A stretch of DNA of 64,000 bases from Geosiphon pyriformis uo1 (GCA_016748015.1 JAAOMT010000776.1:679496-743495), one strand, 5' to 3'. Positions 12,553 through 24,606 are shown, counted from the first letter of the stretch. Translations and numbers: made by a program. Notes: generated by a model not told the origin, from the sequence alone.

Positions 12553-15500
12553 TTAAGTTCTAAAAAATCGTTTCCAGTATGACGATCCATTACCATTGCC
12601 ATTGGCATTTCCGTTTCCGTTTCCGACATTACCATTTCCATTACCATTACCATTTCCTGATCCTGAATCAACAGACGGGTGAGCTATCACTGTTGCTTTT
12701 GGTGCAACGGTTGTTAAGGTCTGGGTTACAGGTGGTCCAACGAGTGTAGTAGTGACGGTCTTAACACTTCCTGGAGCGGTGACAGTAATTGTCTGAGTAG
12801 ATCCTTGACCAACAACGGTGCTAGTGACAACTTTGGATGGTCCAGGTACAGTTACTACCGAGGTTTGAGTGGTCCCAGGTGCAACGACAGTGCTTGTGAC
12901 AACTTTGGATGGTCCAGGTACAGTTACTACCGAGGTTTGAACTGATCCTTGACCAACAACAGTGCTAGTGACAACTTTGTTTGGTCCAGGTACAGTTACT
13001 ACCGAGGTTTGAACTGATCCTTGACCAACAACAGTGCTAGTGACAACTTTGTTTGGTCCAGGTACAGTTACTACCGAGGTTTGAACTGATCCTTGACCAA
13101 CAACAGTGCTAGTGACAACTTTGTTTGGTCCAGGTACAGTTACTACCGAGGTTTGAACTGATCCTTGACCAACAACAGTGCTAGTGACAACTTTGTTTGG
13201 TCCAGGTACAGTTACTACCGAGGTTTGAACTGATCCTTGACCAACAACAGTGCTAGTGACAACTTTGTTTGGTCCAGGTACAGTTACTACCGAGGTTTGA
13301 ACTGATCCTTGACCAACAACAGTGCTAGTGACAACTTTGTTTGGTCCAGGTACANNNNNNNNNNNNNNNNNNNNNNNNNNNNNNNNNNNNNNNNNNNNNN
13401 NNNNNNNNNNNNNNNNNNNNNNNNNNNNNNNNNNNNNNNNNNNNNNNNNNNNNNNNNNNNNNNNNNNNNNNNNNNNNNNNNNNNNNNNNNNNNNNNNNNN
13501 NNNNNNNNNNNNNNNNNNNNNNNNNNNNNNNNNNNNNNNNNNNNNNNNNNNNNNNNNNNNNNNNNNNNNNNNNNNNNNNNNNNNNNNNNNNNNNNNNNNN
13601 NNNNNNNNNNNNNNNNNNNNNNNNNNNNNNNNNNNNNNNNNNNNNNNNNNNNNNNNNNNNNNNNNNNNNNNNNNNNNNNNNNNNNNNNNNNNNNNNNNNN
13701 NNNNNNNNNNNNNNNNNNNNNNNNNNNNNNNNNNNNNNNNNNNNNNNNNNNNNNNNNNNNNNNNNNNNNNNNNNNNNNNNNNNNNNNNNNNNNNNNNNNN
13801 NNNNNNNNNNNNNNNNNNNNNNNNNNNNNNNNNNNNNNNNNNNNNNNNNNNNNNNNNNNNNNNNNNNNNNNNNNNNNNNNNNNNNNNNNNNNNNNNNNNN
13901 NNNNNNNNNNNNNNNNNNNNNNNNNNNNNNNNNNNNNNNNNNNNNNNNNNNNNNNNNNNNNNNNNNCTGTGTGGTCCAGGTACAGTTACTACCGAGGTTT
14001 GAACTGATCCAGGACCGGTGATAGTGTTGGTGACAACTCTGGCTGGCCCAGGTACATTTACAATCGAGGTTTGAACTGATCCAGGACCGGTGATAGTGTT
14101 AGTGACAACTCTGGCTGCTCCAGGTACAGTTACTACCGAGGTTTGAACTGATCCAGGACCGGTGATAGTGTTGGTGACAACTCTGGCTGGCCCAGGTACA
14201 TTTACAATCGAGGTTTGAACTGATCCAGGACCGGTGATAGTGTTAGTGACAACTCTGGCTGCTCCAGGTACAGTTACTACCGAGGTTTGAACTGATCCAG
14301 GACCGGTGATAGTGTTGGTGACAACTCTGGCTGGTCCAGGTACATTTACAATCGAGGTTTGAACTGATCCAGGACCGGTGATAGTGTTAGTGACAACTCT
14401 GGCTGGTCCAGGTACAGTTACGGTTGAGGTTTGAACTGATCCAGGACCGGTGATAGTGTTAGTGACAACTCTGGCTGGTCCAGGTACATTTACAATGGAG
14501 GTTTGAACTGATCCAGGACCGGTGATAGTGTTAGTGACAACTTTGGCTGCTCCAGGTACAGTTACTACCGAGGTTTGAACTGATCCAGGACCGGTGATAG
14601 TGTTGGTGACAACTTTGTCTGGTCCAGGTACATTTACAATCGAGGTTTGAACTGATCCAGGACCGGTAATAGTGTTAGTGACAACTTTGTTTGGTCCAGG
14701 TACAGTTACTACCGAGGTTTGAACTGATCCAGGACCGGTGATAGTGTTGGTGACAACTCTGGCTGGTCCAGGTACATTTACAATCGAGGTTTGAACTGAT
14801 CCAGGACCGGTGATAGTGTTAGTGACAACTTTGGCTGCTCCAGGTACAGTTACTACCGAGGTTTGAACTGATCCAGGACCGGTGATAGTGTTGGTGACAA
14901 CTCTGGCTGGTCCAGGTACATTTACAATGGAGGTTTGAACTGATCCAGGACCGGTGATAGTGTTAGTGACAACTTTGGCTGCTCCAGGTACAGTTACTAC
15001 CGAGGTTTGAACTGATCCAGGACCGGTGATAGTGTTGGTGACAACTCTGGCTGGTCCAGGTACATTTACAATCGAGGTTTGAACTGATCCAGGACCGGTA
15101 ATAGTGTTAGTGACAACTTTGTTTGGTCCAGGTACAGTTAAAATTGAGGTTTGAGTAGATCCAAGGCCAACAACGGTGCTAGTGACAACTTTGTTTGGTC
15201 CAGGTACAACTTCAGTTTTTGTGACAACGCTCCCAGGTCCAGTTACAGTTGTTACCGCGGTTTGAGTAGCGCCAGGTGCAACGACAGTGCTTGTTACAAC
15301 TTTGTTTGGTCCAGGTACAGTTACAATTGAGGTTTGAGTAGATCCAACGCCAACAACGGTGCTAGTGACAACTTTGTTTGGTCCAGGTACAACTTCAGTT
15401 TTTGTGACAACGCTCCCAGGTCCAGTTACAGTTGTTACCGCGGTTTGAGTAGCGCCAGGTGCAACGACAGTGCTTGTTACAACTTTGTTTGGTCCAGGTA

Positions 15501-15834
15501 CAGTTACAATTGAGGTTTGAGTAGATCCAACGCCAACAACGGTGCTAGTGACAACTTTGTTTGGTCCAGGTACAACTTCAGTTTTTGTGACAACGCTCCC
15601 AGGTCCAGCTACAGTTATTACCGAGGTTTGAGTGGCGCCAGGTGCAACGACAGTGCTTGTGACAACTTTATTTGGTCCAGCAACTGTTACAATTGAAGTT
15701 ACAGTGTTTCCAGGAGCTACAACGGTACTTGTTACTACTTTTTCTGGTTCATTATTTCTTTTTTCGAGATTGTTAAGTGGAGTAGCTGCTGCCAGAAGTA
15801 CCTGCAAGAGCAGGATAAACACTAGGGAACGCAT
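12553..15834 (-). CDS. Large secreted Thr/Val/Pro/Gly repeat protein 3 (24-aa repeats, C-terminal Asn/Gly motif); true length uncertain because of an internal gap
   Basis: ATG at 15834: MRSLVFILLLQVLLAAA|TPLNNLEKR (signal peptide plus Kex2-type KR). Repeats VVTNTITGPGSVQTSVVTVPGPAR and VVTSTVVGQGSVQTSVVTVPGPNK. The gap at 13355-13966 lies inside the array, so joining the two halves is an inference. Confidence 0.88.
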   Translation of the reverse strand: MRSLVFILLLQVLLAAATPLNNLEKRNNEPEKVVTSTVVAPGNTVTSIVTVAGPNKVVTSTVVAPGATQTSVITVAGPGSVVTKTEVVPGPNKVVTSTVVGVGSTQTSIVTVPGPNKVVTSTVVAPGATQTAVTTVTGPGSVVTKTEVVPGPNKVVTSTVVGVGSTQTSIVTVPGPNKVVTSTVVAPGATQTAVTTVTGPGSVVTKTEVVPGPNKVVTSTVVGLGSTQTSILTVPGPNKVVTNTITGPGSVQTSIVNVPGPARVVTNTITGPGSVQTSVVTVPGAAKVVTNTITGPGSVQTSIVNVPGPARVVTNTITGPGSVQTSVVTVPGAAKVVTNTITGPGSVQTSIVNVPGPARVVTNTITGPGSVQTSVVTVPGPNKVVTNTITGPGSVQTSIVNVPGPDKVVTNTITGPGSVQTSVVTVPGAAKVVTNTITGPGSVQTSIVNVPGPARVVTNTITGPGSVQTSTVTVPGPARVVTNTITGPGSVQTSIVNVPGPARVVTNTITGPGSVQTSVVTVPGAARVVTNTITGPGSVQTSIVNVPGPARVVTNTITGPGSVQTSVVTVPGAARVVTNTITGPGSVQTSIVNVPGPARVVTNTITGPGSVQTSVVTVPGPHXXXXXXXXXXXXXXXXXXXXXXXXXXXXXXXXXXXXXXXXXXXXXXXXXXXXXXXXXXXXXXXXXXXXXXXXXXXXXXXXXXXXXXXXXXXXXXXXXXXXXXXXXXXXXXXXXXXXXXXXXXXXXXXXXXXXXXXXXXXXXXXXXXXXXXXXXXXXXXXXXXXXXXXXXXXXXXXXXXXXXXXXXXXXXXXXXXXXXXXXXXXXXVPGPNKVVTSTVVGQGSVQTSVVTVPGPNKVVTSTVVGQGSVQTSVVTVPGPNKVVTSTVVGQGSVQTSVVTVPGPNKVVTSTVVGQGSVQTSVVTVPGPNKVVTSTVVGQGSVQTSVVTVPGPNKVVTSTVVGQGSVQTSVVTVPGPSKVVTSTVVAPGTTQTSVVTVPGPSKVVTSTVVGQGSTQTITVTAPGSVKTVTTTLVGPPVTQTLTTVAPKATVIAHPSVDSGSGNGNGNGNGNVGNGNGNANGNGNGSSYWKRFFRT
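12790..15680 (-). repeat. Coding tandem array with three blocks: 183-bp units, alternating 72-bp units, and near-identical 72-bp units
   Basis: AGTGACAAC followed by the reverse complement of KTEVVPG recurs at 15181, 15364 and 15547 (183 bp). About 16 72-bp units lie in 13967-15130 and about 8 in 12790-13354. Confidence 0.93.
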
Positions 15835-16989
15835 ATTAAAGATGAAAAAGACAAGCAGAGCTTGCTTCAAAATTTTAAGAGTGAANNNNNNNNNNNNNNN
15901 NNNNNNNNNNNNNNNNNNNNNNNNNNNNNNNNNNNNNNNNNNNNNNNNNNNNNNNNNNNNNNNNNNNNNNNNNNNNNNNNNNNNNNNNNNNNNNNNNNNN
16001 NNNNNNNNNNNNNNNNNNNNNNNNNNNNNNNNNNNNNNNNNNNNNNNNNNNNNNNNNNNNNNNNNNNNNNNNNNNNNNNNNNNNNNNNNNNNNNNNNNNN
16101 NNNNNNNNNNNNNNNNNNNNNNNNNNNNNNNNNNNNNNNNNNNNNNNNNNNNNNNNNNNNNNNNNNNNNNNNNNNNNNNNNNNNNNNNNNNNNNNNNNNN
16201 NNNNNNNNNNNNNNNNNNNNNNNNNNNNNNNNNNNNNNNNNNNNNNNNNNNNNNNNNNNNNNNNNNNNNNNNNNNNNNNNNNNNNNNNNNNNNNNNNNNN
16301 NNNNNNNNNNNNNNNNNNNNNNNNNNNNNNNNNNNNNNNNNNNNNNNNNNNNNNNNNNNNNNNNNNNNNNNNNNNNNNNNNNNNNNNNNNNNNNNNNNNN
16401 NNNNNNNNNNNNNNNNNNNNNNNNNNNNNNNNNNNNNNNNNNNNNNNNNNNNNNNNNNNNNNNNNNNNNNNNNNNNNNNNNNNNNNNNNNNNNNNNNNNN
16501 NNNNNNNNNNNNNNNNNNNNNNNNNNNNNNNNNNNNNNNNNNNNNNNNNNNNNNNNNNNNNNNNNNNNNNNNNNNNNNNNNNNNNNNNNNNNNNNNNNNN
16601 NNNNNNNNNNNNNNNNNNNNNNNNNNNNNNNNNNNNNNNNNNNNNNNNNNNNNNNNNNNNNNNNNNNNNNNNNNNNNNNNNNNNNNNNNNNNNNNNNNNN
16701 NNNNNNNNNNNNNNNNNNNNNNNNNNNNNNNNNNNNNNNNNNNNNNNNNNNNNNNNAAAAATTTAAAATGTATATATTTCTGTTTATCTTTTTAAAAAAA
16801 AAAGCGTTATTTTTTGTTGAATTCAATACCATCACCCAATATAAATTGTGAAAGATAATCATCTGATTTAAATCGAATTTAAAAAAAGACGGAATGTTCA
16901 ATACACATTTCATTTTTTATAATCATAACCTGATAAGGAAAATTTTTTCCAGTTTGATTTTGCCACTTATGCATTTTTGTAGAATTATG

Positions 16990-16993
<4 letters not shown>

Positions 16994-17035
<42 letters not shown>

Positions 17036-17045
17036 TATACACACA
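16994..17045. repeat. (CA)n microsatellite, interrupted
   Basis: Directly visible. Confidence 0.9.
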
Positions 17046-17062
17046 TAAAATGCAGTAAAATC

Positions 17063-17157
<95 letters not shown>
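17063..17157. repeat. (TAG)n microsatellite, about 31 units
   Basis: Directly visible; it explains the poly-T and poly-L ORFs. Confidence 0.97.
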
Positions 17158-17588
17158 ATAGTAGGAGTAGATTGATTTTCATATAGTTTTCCAGAAGCAA
17201 AATTCAAAAGATGGGACCATGAACTGAATCCAGTAAAAAATGGGGAATTTCTTCAATTCCATCTAGAAAGAATACGTAAAAATTCTAAAAAGATAGATAG
17301 ATGAAATTTAATAATTCTTTGAGTAAATATTTTGAAAACAAACCTCAAGTTAAATTAACGGNNNNNNNNNNNNNNNNNNNNNNTCCCTTCTAACCATTAG
17401 GAAATGTTATTAGTTGATCAAAGAATTTCTTTTCTACCCCCCGAGAGAATCTAAAAATAGAGTTTTATTCAAAAAAGTTCAAGATCTGAGATTAGTGTAA
17501 TTGACTAGCTAAACCATCATACACACTTAAAAAAAAAGGATTATCAATTCGTAAAAATATGTTGTTTTAATTATTGGACAGAATGATA

Positions 17589-17589
<1 letters not shown>

Positions 17590-17628
<39 letters not shown>
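17590..17628. repeat. (ATT)n microsatellite
   Basis: Directly visible. Confidence 0.9.
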
Positions 17629-20600
17629 TGAAATTTTTACTCTGGATATTTAGTGTGTGAAATTCGAGAAAAATTTTCATAATTAAAAAATTAAAAAATC
17701 TTGTTGAAAACATGCAAAGAATTTTTCAAAGGGTCGTTTAGGGAATGACTAAAGAAGCTAGTTGAAATTTTCATTATCAAATACACCAAATATTATTTTT
17801 TTTACCGTATTTAGGAATTCTGGCCTTAATGCAAAAATTAAAAAAATTATTTTTAAAAAATTATTTTTAAAATTATTATTTTTAAAATAAAATCCTAATT
17901 AAACAGATTCGGGAATTTTTGTATGTTGGCATACAGCGGCGAAATCTCACTTTGGTTAATTTACAAACACAACATGATAAGTTTTTTCAGGAAAAAAATC
18001 CTGTGTTCATAGAATATTGAACCCTTAATAATAAACAATGACGAACACCTAAAATTCATATTAGGCTCAGTTCGTCTAACAACACAGAATAAAAAGGCTG
18101 TGTATGTGTGTATGTGTGTTCATGTTTTGTACTCCCCACATTGTGCATGCCTTATGTTTGATAACTTATAAAGGATATCTTAAATTTTAGCCTTTTATTG
18201 GATTTGTATTAAATCCAAAAAGTTTTAAGATTCACACAATAATTCCTGAAAATGGTAAATTTAATTTAGATAATCTTTAGCCTTTCGTTTTTAGTTTACA
18301 TAAATGAATGATTTACAATAAAATCTTTAAAAAGGTTTTTTCGGCTGTGAATATTGAGAACTTTTAATAGATAAATGACGCCTAATTTACTTCCTTTTTT
18401 TTTTTTTTTGAATAACCATATATATTTATCTACAATGAACAAAAACACCTTTTTCAGTAACTCTCCTTATTAGCTGATAGGTTGACGAGATTATTAAATA
18501 ATAAAATTCTAAATCTTTTACGTAAAAAAATTAAAAGGAAAAACTTTTTAGTCAATCCATTTTTGGTAATCAGCCTTTGTGCTGGTTTACCTGTCAAGTT
18601 TATATTTTTTAAATTCAGGTTTTTCGTCTTCAAAGATTTTCCAAGAATAAAAATTAGATCATAAAAAGTTTGATAGATTTCGAAATCAGGTTAAAAATAT
18701 GTTTTAATCTTCCTTTGACAGTGAACCAATAAAGACTAAATTTTACGAGACAAAAAAGTTTAGATTTTTTTTTTTAAAAAAAATCGAATCAAATATTATC
18801 GATTTGTGTTTTATTTCGAAAATTCATTTATTAAATTTGAATTTTTATTATTTAATTCCAACTTTGGAAGTCGCAAAAGTATTAATCTTTTCAATTCTTG
18901 AGAAAAAGAGATATCGGAAATGAGAAAAAATTTGGATTAGGGGATTTTTAAAGTTAGTTAGTTTGAGGCTAATTTACAAAAAAAGAATTCTAAAATTGTT
19001 CTTTGAATTGAGATAGAAACATTGGAATTTGAAATTTTTTTTTACAAATAAACTCTACTATTAAGTTTCAAAGTTTAAGCTAATCCTAGTGTGTATTATT
19101 AGGCCTTTTTTTCAAAATGATAAAATTTAAAGTTTTAATCGGGTCATTTAGGTTTATTTTTTTATACCTGAAAATTAATACAAATGATTGACTTGAATTA
19201 TTTCTGACTGAGTCAAAGATAAATATCAAAGAACTGCAAAAAGACAATTGAAACAAGCTTTAGCTGGATTTTTCCGCTTTAGGATCAATAGAATAAAATG
19301 AAATGAAATGAAATGAAACGAAACGAAACGTATGGTAAAAAGGAGTAAACCTTTCTTGTTCTTTTCCTTGACTCCCGAAATTAAATTCCAATTTAGAGAA
19401 GAACTTTTTTCTTTTGCTACTTATTATCTCATTAAATTTGGTTTGAGACATTAAAATAAAGTCTCGAATTCGTTTAAAGCAAAAAACCTTTATGGTACGA
19501 TTATATAATGTTTCTAGTTTTTCTTTAATTTAAACTTTCGGAATATGTCTCTATCGTGGTCCAAATAAATAAATAAATAAATAAATAAATAAAATTATTA
19601 TCCAGTACAAATTAAGTTTATCTTTGAAAATACCCGCAATCATAAATTTGTCCAATACGCATGGGTTCTTTGGAAAACTTACTACTACCATATTGGTGGG
19701 GAAGAATGGATGGATTGATGAATTGATAGATTAATAGATTTATAGATTAATGGATTGATGGATGGATCTCAATTGGGAACAGATAACAGCCTTAAATATT
19801 TTTGGATATCAAAGGACAAATTTAAATTTTTGAAAAAAAGGTAATACCAACCAAAAAAAAAGATTTAGGTTTTAAGAACTAAGCAAATTAAAATTAGTCG
19901 TCGTAATTTTTTATTATCGAACCTAGTAGGGATTGGTTGGAAATAATATCTCATGTGTAAAATTTTGCATGTGGTTTCCTTTGAGAAAGATTTCGTTCTA
20001 ATATTAGAATAATCTCTTGAGGTCTTTCCAAATAAGTATTCTTGATTTCTTGATTTATGATAGATTTATAAAAAGCTTTAAAAAATAAATATCTCGATCT
20101 TTTCTAACGTGAAAAATGTTAAAATATCGGATATTTTCTACTCTCATTCAAGAGATGAAAGGTCAATTTAGCGTTAAAACGTCAAAAGAGTTTAAGTATA
20201 AAAAGCTTTTTTTGGTATTTTTGTGAATGAAAAAAAAAAAAAATCATTTTTTAAACGGGCTCATTCATTCCCCATTATAGGACTACAATTTCGTAAAGAA
20301 AAAAGTAAAAGAAAATATTGTTCAAATGCCCATAAAATTATTTAGACTCAGATTCACGCTGCACAATATTAAATTAAAAGAAAAATCTTGAATTGGAAAC
20401 CTTAATTGTGTTATTTGCAATCAATCATAAGATTTGAAATGGGTTTCGGTAAAAGAGAAGAGGGATTTATTTACGTCATTTCAACATGTCAATAGTTAAA
20501 AAGTACATGTATAAGGGATTTCCTGTCTTGATACAAAATCTTGGCTGATCCAGAGAGCGTTTGATGGCTCATAATAGATTTTTGTTAGCAAGTGTGTATA

Positions 20601-21194
20601 TCAATTAAATATTTTTCTTTATTTGTGGATTGGATGTTTAAAGTGAATTCATTGGCAAAATATTCAAATTGGGAGAAGTTGCTAGATATTTCGATCTAAT
20701 ATTTTTTGTAATTCTGTTAGGAATCCAAATTTGATATTTTAGAGTTATAGTAATTTGGCATGTTTTAATTTACTTTTTAGGAATTTTTTTATTAGCTTTC
20801 GAATTATGTCTTAAAAATGCACTATCGAAAATCTTAAAATTACTTGAAATTCTTTTATTTTGATAAGCGACTTCTATTGTAATATATTGGTTCATGAAAA
20901 AAAGACTTGAAATTCAATTGAATTATTCAGAATTGCCAAATATGTAATTTGAGCACAATTTTGGATGAATAAATATCTTTATTTGAAGAGTTTAAACAAG
21001 TCGAAATAGAAAATTTTTTGTTATGGACCAAAAACAAAAATTTATTATCACAAACAAATGATCTTTACAAAAAATTGTGTTCACTGCTAAACCAAACTTC
21101 TTTAACTGTACAATAAAATTGTAAATGAATTTCTTTTTTTAATCAAAACCGCTTCTTGTGATCAGGAATCAAAGCAACCGAGGATGTTTTTACC

Positions 21195-21250
21195 CATCAA
21201 CATCAACATCAACATCAACATCAACATCATCAACAACATCATCAACATCA
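21195..21250. repeat. (CATCAA)n simple repeat
   Basis: Directly visible; it explains the DVDVDV ORF. Confidence 0.85.
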
Positions 21251-23217
21251 TATGGTTGATGTAATTTTTGACCAAAGAAGCTTTCGCCGCAACTTTCTTG
21301 ATTTGAGCGGAAAATTTCGCATCGACATTTTTTGGTGAAAGAAAACTTGGTTAAAAATTCCTGCCAAAAACAAACAAATAAATAAATAAAGAAATAAAGA
21401 AATAAAGAGGCAAACAAACAAAAAAAACTTTGAAAATTTTTTATGGTAACCGAGAATTCTTACCAAATTCCACGGTTTTTATCAGGTTTGACTAAGGTGT
21501 ACATTGAAATTGAGATCGATATCCACATTTCTACTTTTTTTGTTTACCTTTGGGTCATTTATTAAACGAAACTCCATATTTGTATTGGTCAAACCAACAA
21601 TTTTGTCGGCAAGTTTTGAAATGAGTTCCTTCGCCCTTAAACTTTGAGGATCTCTTTGAAAAGTTCGAGATATACATTCTGAAAATATTTTGATTAGAGT
21701 GATGAGAAAAAGAACAAAAAGAAAAAAGAAAAGAGTTATAATGATGTAATGATATCATGACGTTAAAGGATTTCTGTTTCGTTATTTGTTCCAAAAGTTA
21801 AATAAATACATACAGGTATTTTTTTTTTTCAATATTTTCATGTAACTTCTACAATGAAACCTGAAGTATAAGGAAAGATTGATTTTTTCAATTTTGACAA
21901 ACTTAAACTCAAAAATATATCATGAGAATTTCATAATTTATTTTCATCTCAATGCTTGAAAGCCTTTAAATCTTTCTTAAAGAACACATTTTAATCTTCG
22001 TAACATGCCTAAAACTTGGAATTGTATAAAAAATCTGATATGATGTGATATCATATCATCCTTTTTTTTTAAAAAAAAAATTTTGGGTTCAAAATCACAA
22101 TCCCCTTCAATTTAAAGAAAGATAAACCATTTTCAGCGAATAATAACTCTTTTGAAGAATATTGAATAGATGTTAGATTTTAAATCAAATGAATTACATG
22201 TATCTGAAATCAAGTATTGATGAGAAAAAATACCCAGTTGAACCATGATTTAATGATTTAATGATTTAATTATAACTTTTATTGATTTCAAAATTCAAGA
22301 AATTTATTACCAACAAAAGTGATCAAATTACTCTCAACTTGGAATTAAAAGTATGACAAGGAAGCTTTCATTATCATTACATCAAAATCTTTTCAATGGT
22401 ATAAGGGTTTATTTGGTTTTTAGTTTACAAAAGAGTTATTATATTGAAAGAAAAAAACTCTAAAATAAATTATTTTTCTTTTTTGAATTTCCAATAAGAC
22501 ATTTAAAATGAAATACAATTTTTAGTTCACCGATAATGGTCTAGGATTTTATTTTTTACTTATCGATTGTAATCTCTCAGTATATATGAGGTAGAAATCT
22601 AGAAATATTTTACATATTCCTTTTAATTGTCTCAATATGTTTCGAAGAAAGAAAAGTAATTCTTTGTGTTTTGAAAATTATTTACTTTTAAAAAATATCG
22701 ACCTTTTACTAAGAGAGAGAGAGATAACATATTATAGAGAGATAACATATTATAGAGAGATTGACTGATTGAATGCGATATTGCGACATGAAATCGGGAA
22801 ATCATTGAATCTTTTGGATCGGCCATTATTTTTAGAATAGTGTCACTTTTGAAAGACATTCTGCAAAGAACTTCTACTTTAAAAATAAACAAATTCCCAC
22901 AGATCATGCAGAATTGAAATAGCAAAACAATAAAGTTTTCGTAAGCGCATTATCTGGTTTCTTTTTCGAACCTCCAAGAGAGAAGTTGAATAACCGGGTA
23001 AACATGATGAATTTGGAAAAAGTCAAGAACAATAAATTTCAATAGTAATAACATTTTCATTATGATGAATTAAGATCGTTCCATCGCTTAAAAGCTTCTT
23101 AAAGAAGGAGTAGGAATAATAATGTTCTCAATAAAGCCTTTCCTTAACCATTCAACTGGATAGGGTGACCCCATTGGTCCTGCCTCAAAAAAGAATGTAA
23201 CCATTAAAATTTGAAAG

Positions 23218-23280
23218 AATGAATGAATCAATGAATCAATGAATCATTGAATGAATCAATCAATCAATGAATCAATCAAT
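23218..23280. repeat. (AATG/AATC)n compound simple repeat
   Basis: Directly visible. Confidence 0.8.
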
Positions 23281-24048
23281 CCATTATCAAAAATAGTTAT
23301 TGAGAATTTCAGTTCACATAAAAAAAGTTTTTCAAAAAAGTTTTAATTAATATCTTTTCTCACTTCAAAAACATTCAATTTTGTTTTAAAGCCTCGAATT
23401 AATTCAAAACTGATATTAATTAGAATGAATGAATGAAAAGTCAAGTTGCTAAAAGATCTAAAATCTACGCATAGAGAAAAATAATTTATGTTGGAAAGAT
23501 TCAAATTTATAGTTCCAATTCTATCTTTAACTTAAATAAAATTTTAAAACTGATTGTCAAAGTATGGCTCATTAATTTTAAATATGATCAATTTTTTTAT
23601 AAATATCTTTATTTTCTGCAAGGTTAAAAAACCAACCAAGTCAATTTAACGACATAAGGATGATAAAGCAATAATAAATTTTAAAATTTTCAGAAACTAA
23701 ATGTGAAAACCTATAATTCACGTCTCTACTTGATTTTTTTTATCATTATAATTCAATCAAACTTCTCGATTGAACAGTTTTTTCTGAAAATAAAATTAAC
23801 ATTAAAACATTAAAATTTTTGATGATCGAAAATCCAAAAAATTGTCATTTTGCAAATGATAAATTTTAAATTGGTAATTTTCGAAAAAGTTCTTTTCTAA
23901 AAACAAAATTTTCATGTCTCGTCAATAAATGAAAGAGAGTTTCGTATTATTCCAAAAATTTAATCTTTTTTTAAATCTCTTTCTCTACTATCGTTACATG
24001 TTTTAGATTGAAAAAAGAATATATAAATATAAATAGAAATAGAAATAG

Positions 24049-24167
24049 AAATTGCTTTGTTTAATCTCTTTTATGAAAGACATTAAAATTGCTTTGTTTA
24101 ATATCTTGTATGAAAAGCATTAAAATTGCTTTGTTTAATCTCTTGTATGAAAGACATTAAAATTGTT
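24049..24167. repeat. 37-bp minisatellite, 3 copies plus a partial one
   Basis: Unit AAATTGCTTTGTTTAATCTCTTGTATGAAAGACATTA, with ATTG at 24051, 24088, 24125 and 24162; no spacers. Confidence 0.92.
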
Positions 24168-24606
24168 TTTTGATAGGTAATTGTCCTTATCTCTCTTGAA
24201 ATAATTACATTATCATTTCTCAGTTTTTTATAATTTTAATTTAAAATAAAAAGTTTTACTTGTGTGATTTAAATAAATATTAAATATCAATAAATAGTCC
24301 TCAAATAAAAATTCCCTATTTTTTTGCCTAATAAAGTTAATGGATTTTTTTGTTATGATTAAAATTTTGATATTAAATCTATCTATCTTTTCATGGTAGA
24401 AAAATCCAAATTTTCTGTTTGGCTCATACACTCAGTCTGCCCAATAAAGAGAAAGTAATAATTCAATGAAAAAGTGGTCAAAAAGATTTTGGAAATCCAT
24501 AAAAACTTCAAAGAAAATCGTGTTTATTCTTTTCAAAAAAAAAAATAAAAAACTTTCAATTTATTAACTTTTGAGAACCCTTTTAAGAATTTTAAAAATC
24601 CTAATT

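Noticed and set aside
13309-16913. Long X-filled ORFs
   Set aside because: Artefacts of reading through N-gaps.
16923-17207. Poly-Thr and poly-Leu ORFs, and the poly-Ile ORF at 35551-35760
   Set aside because: Microsatellite translations.
24049-24167. 37-bp repeat as a CRISPR array
   Set aside because: Head-to-tail with no spacers, no cas genes, and a eukaryotic context. The 72-bp arrays are likewise coding repeats.
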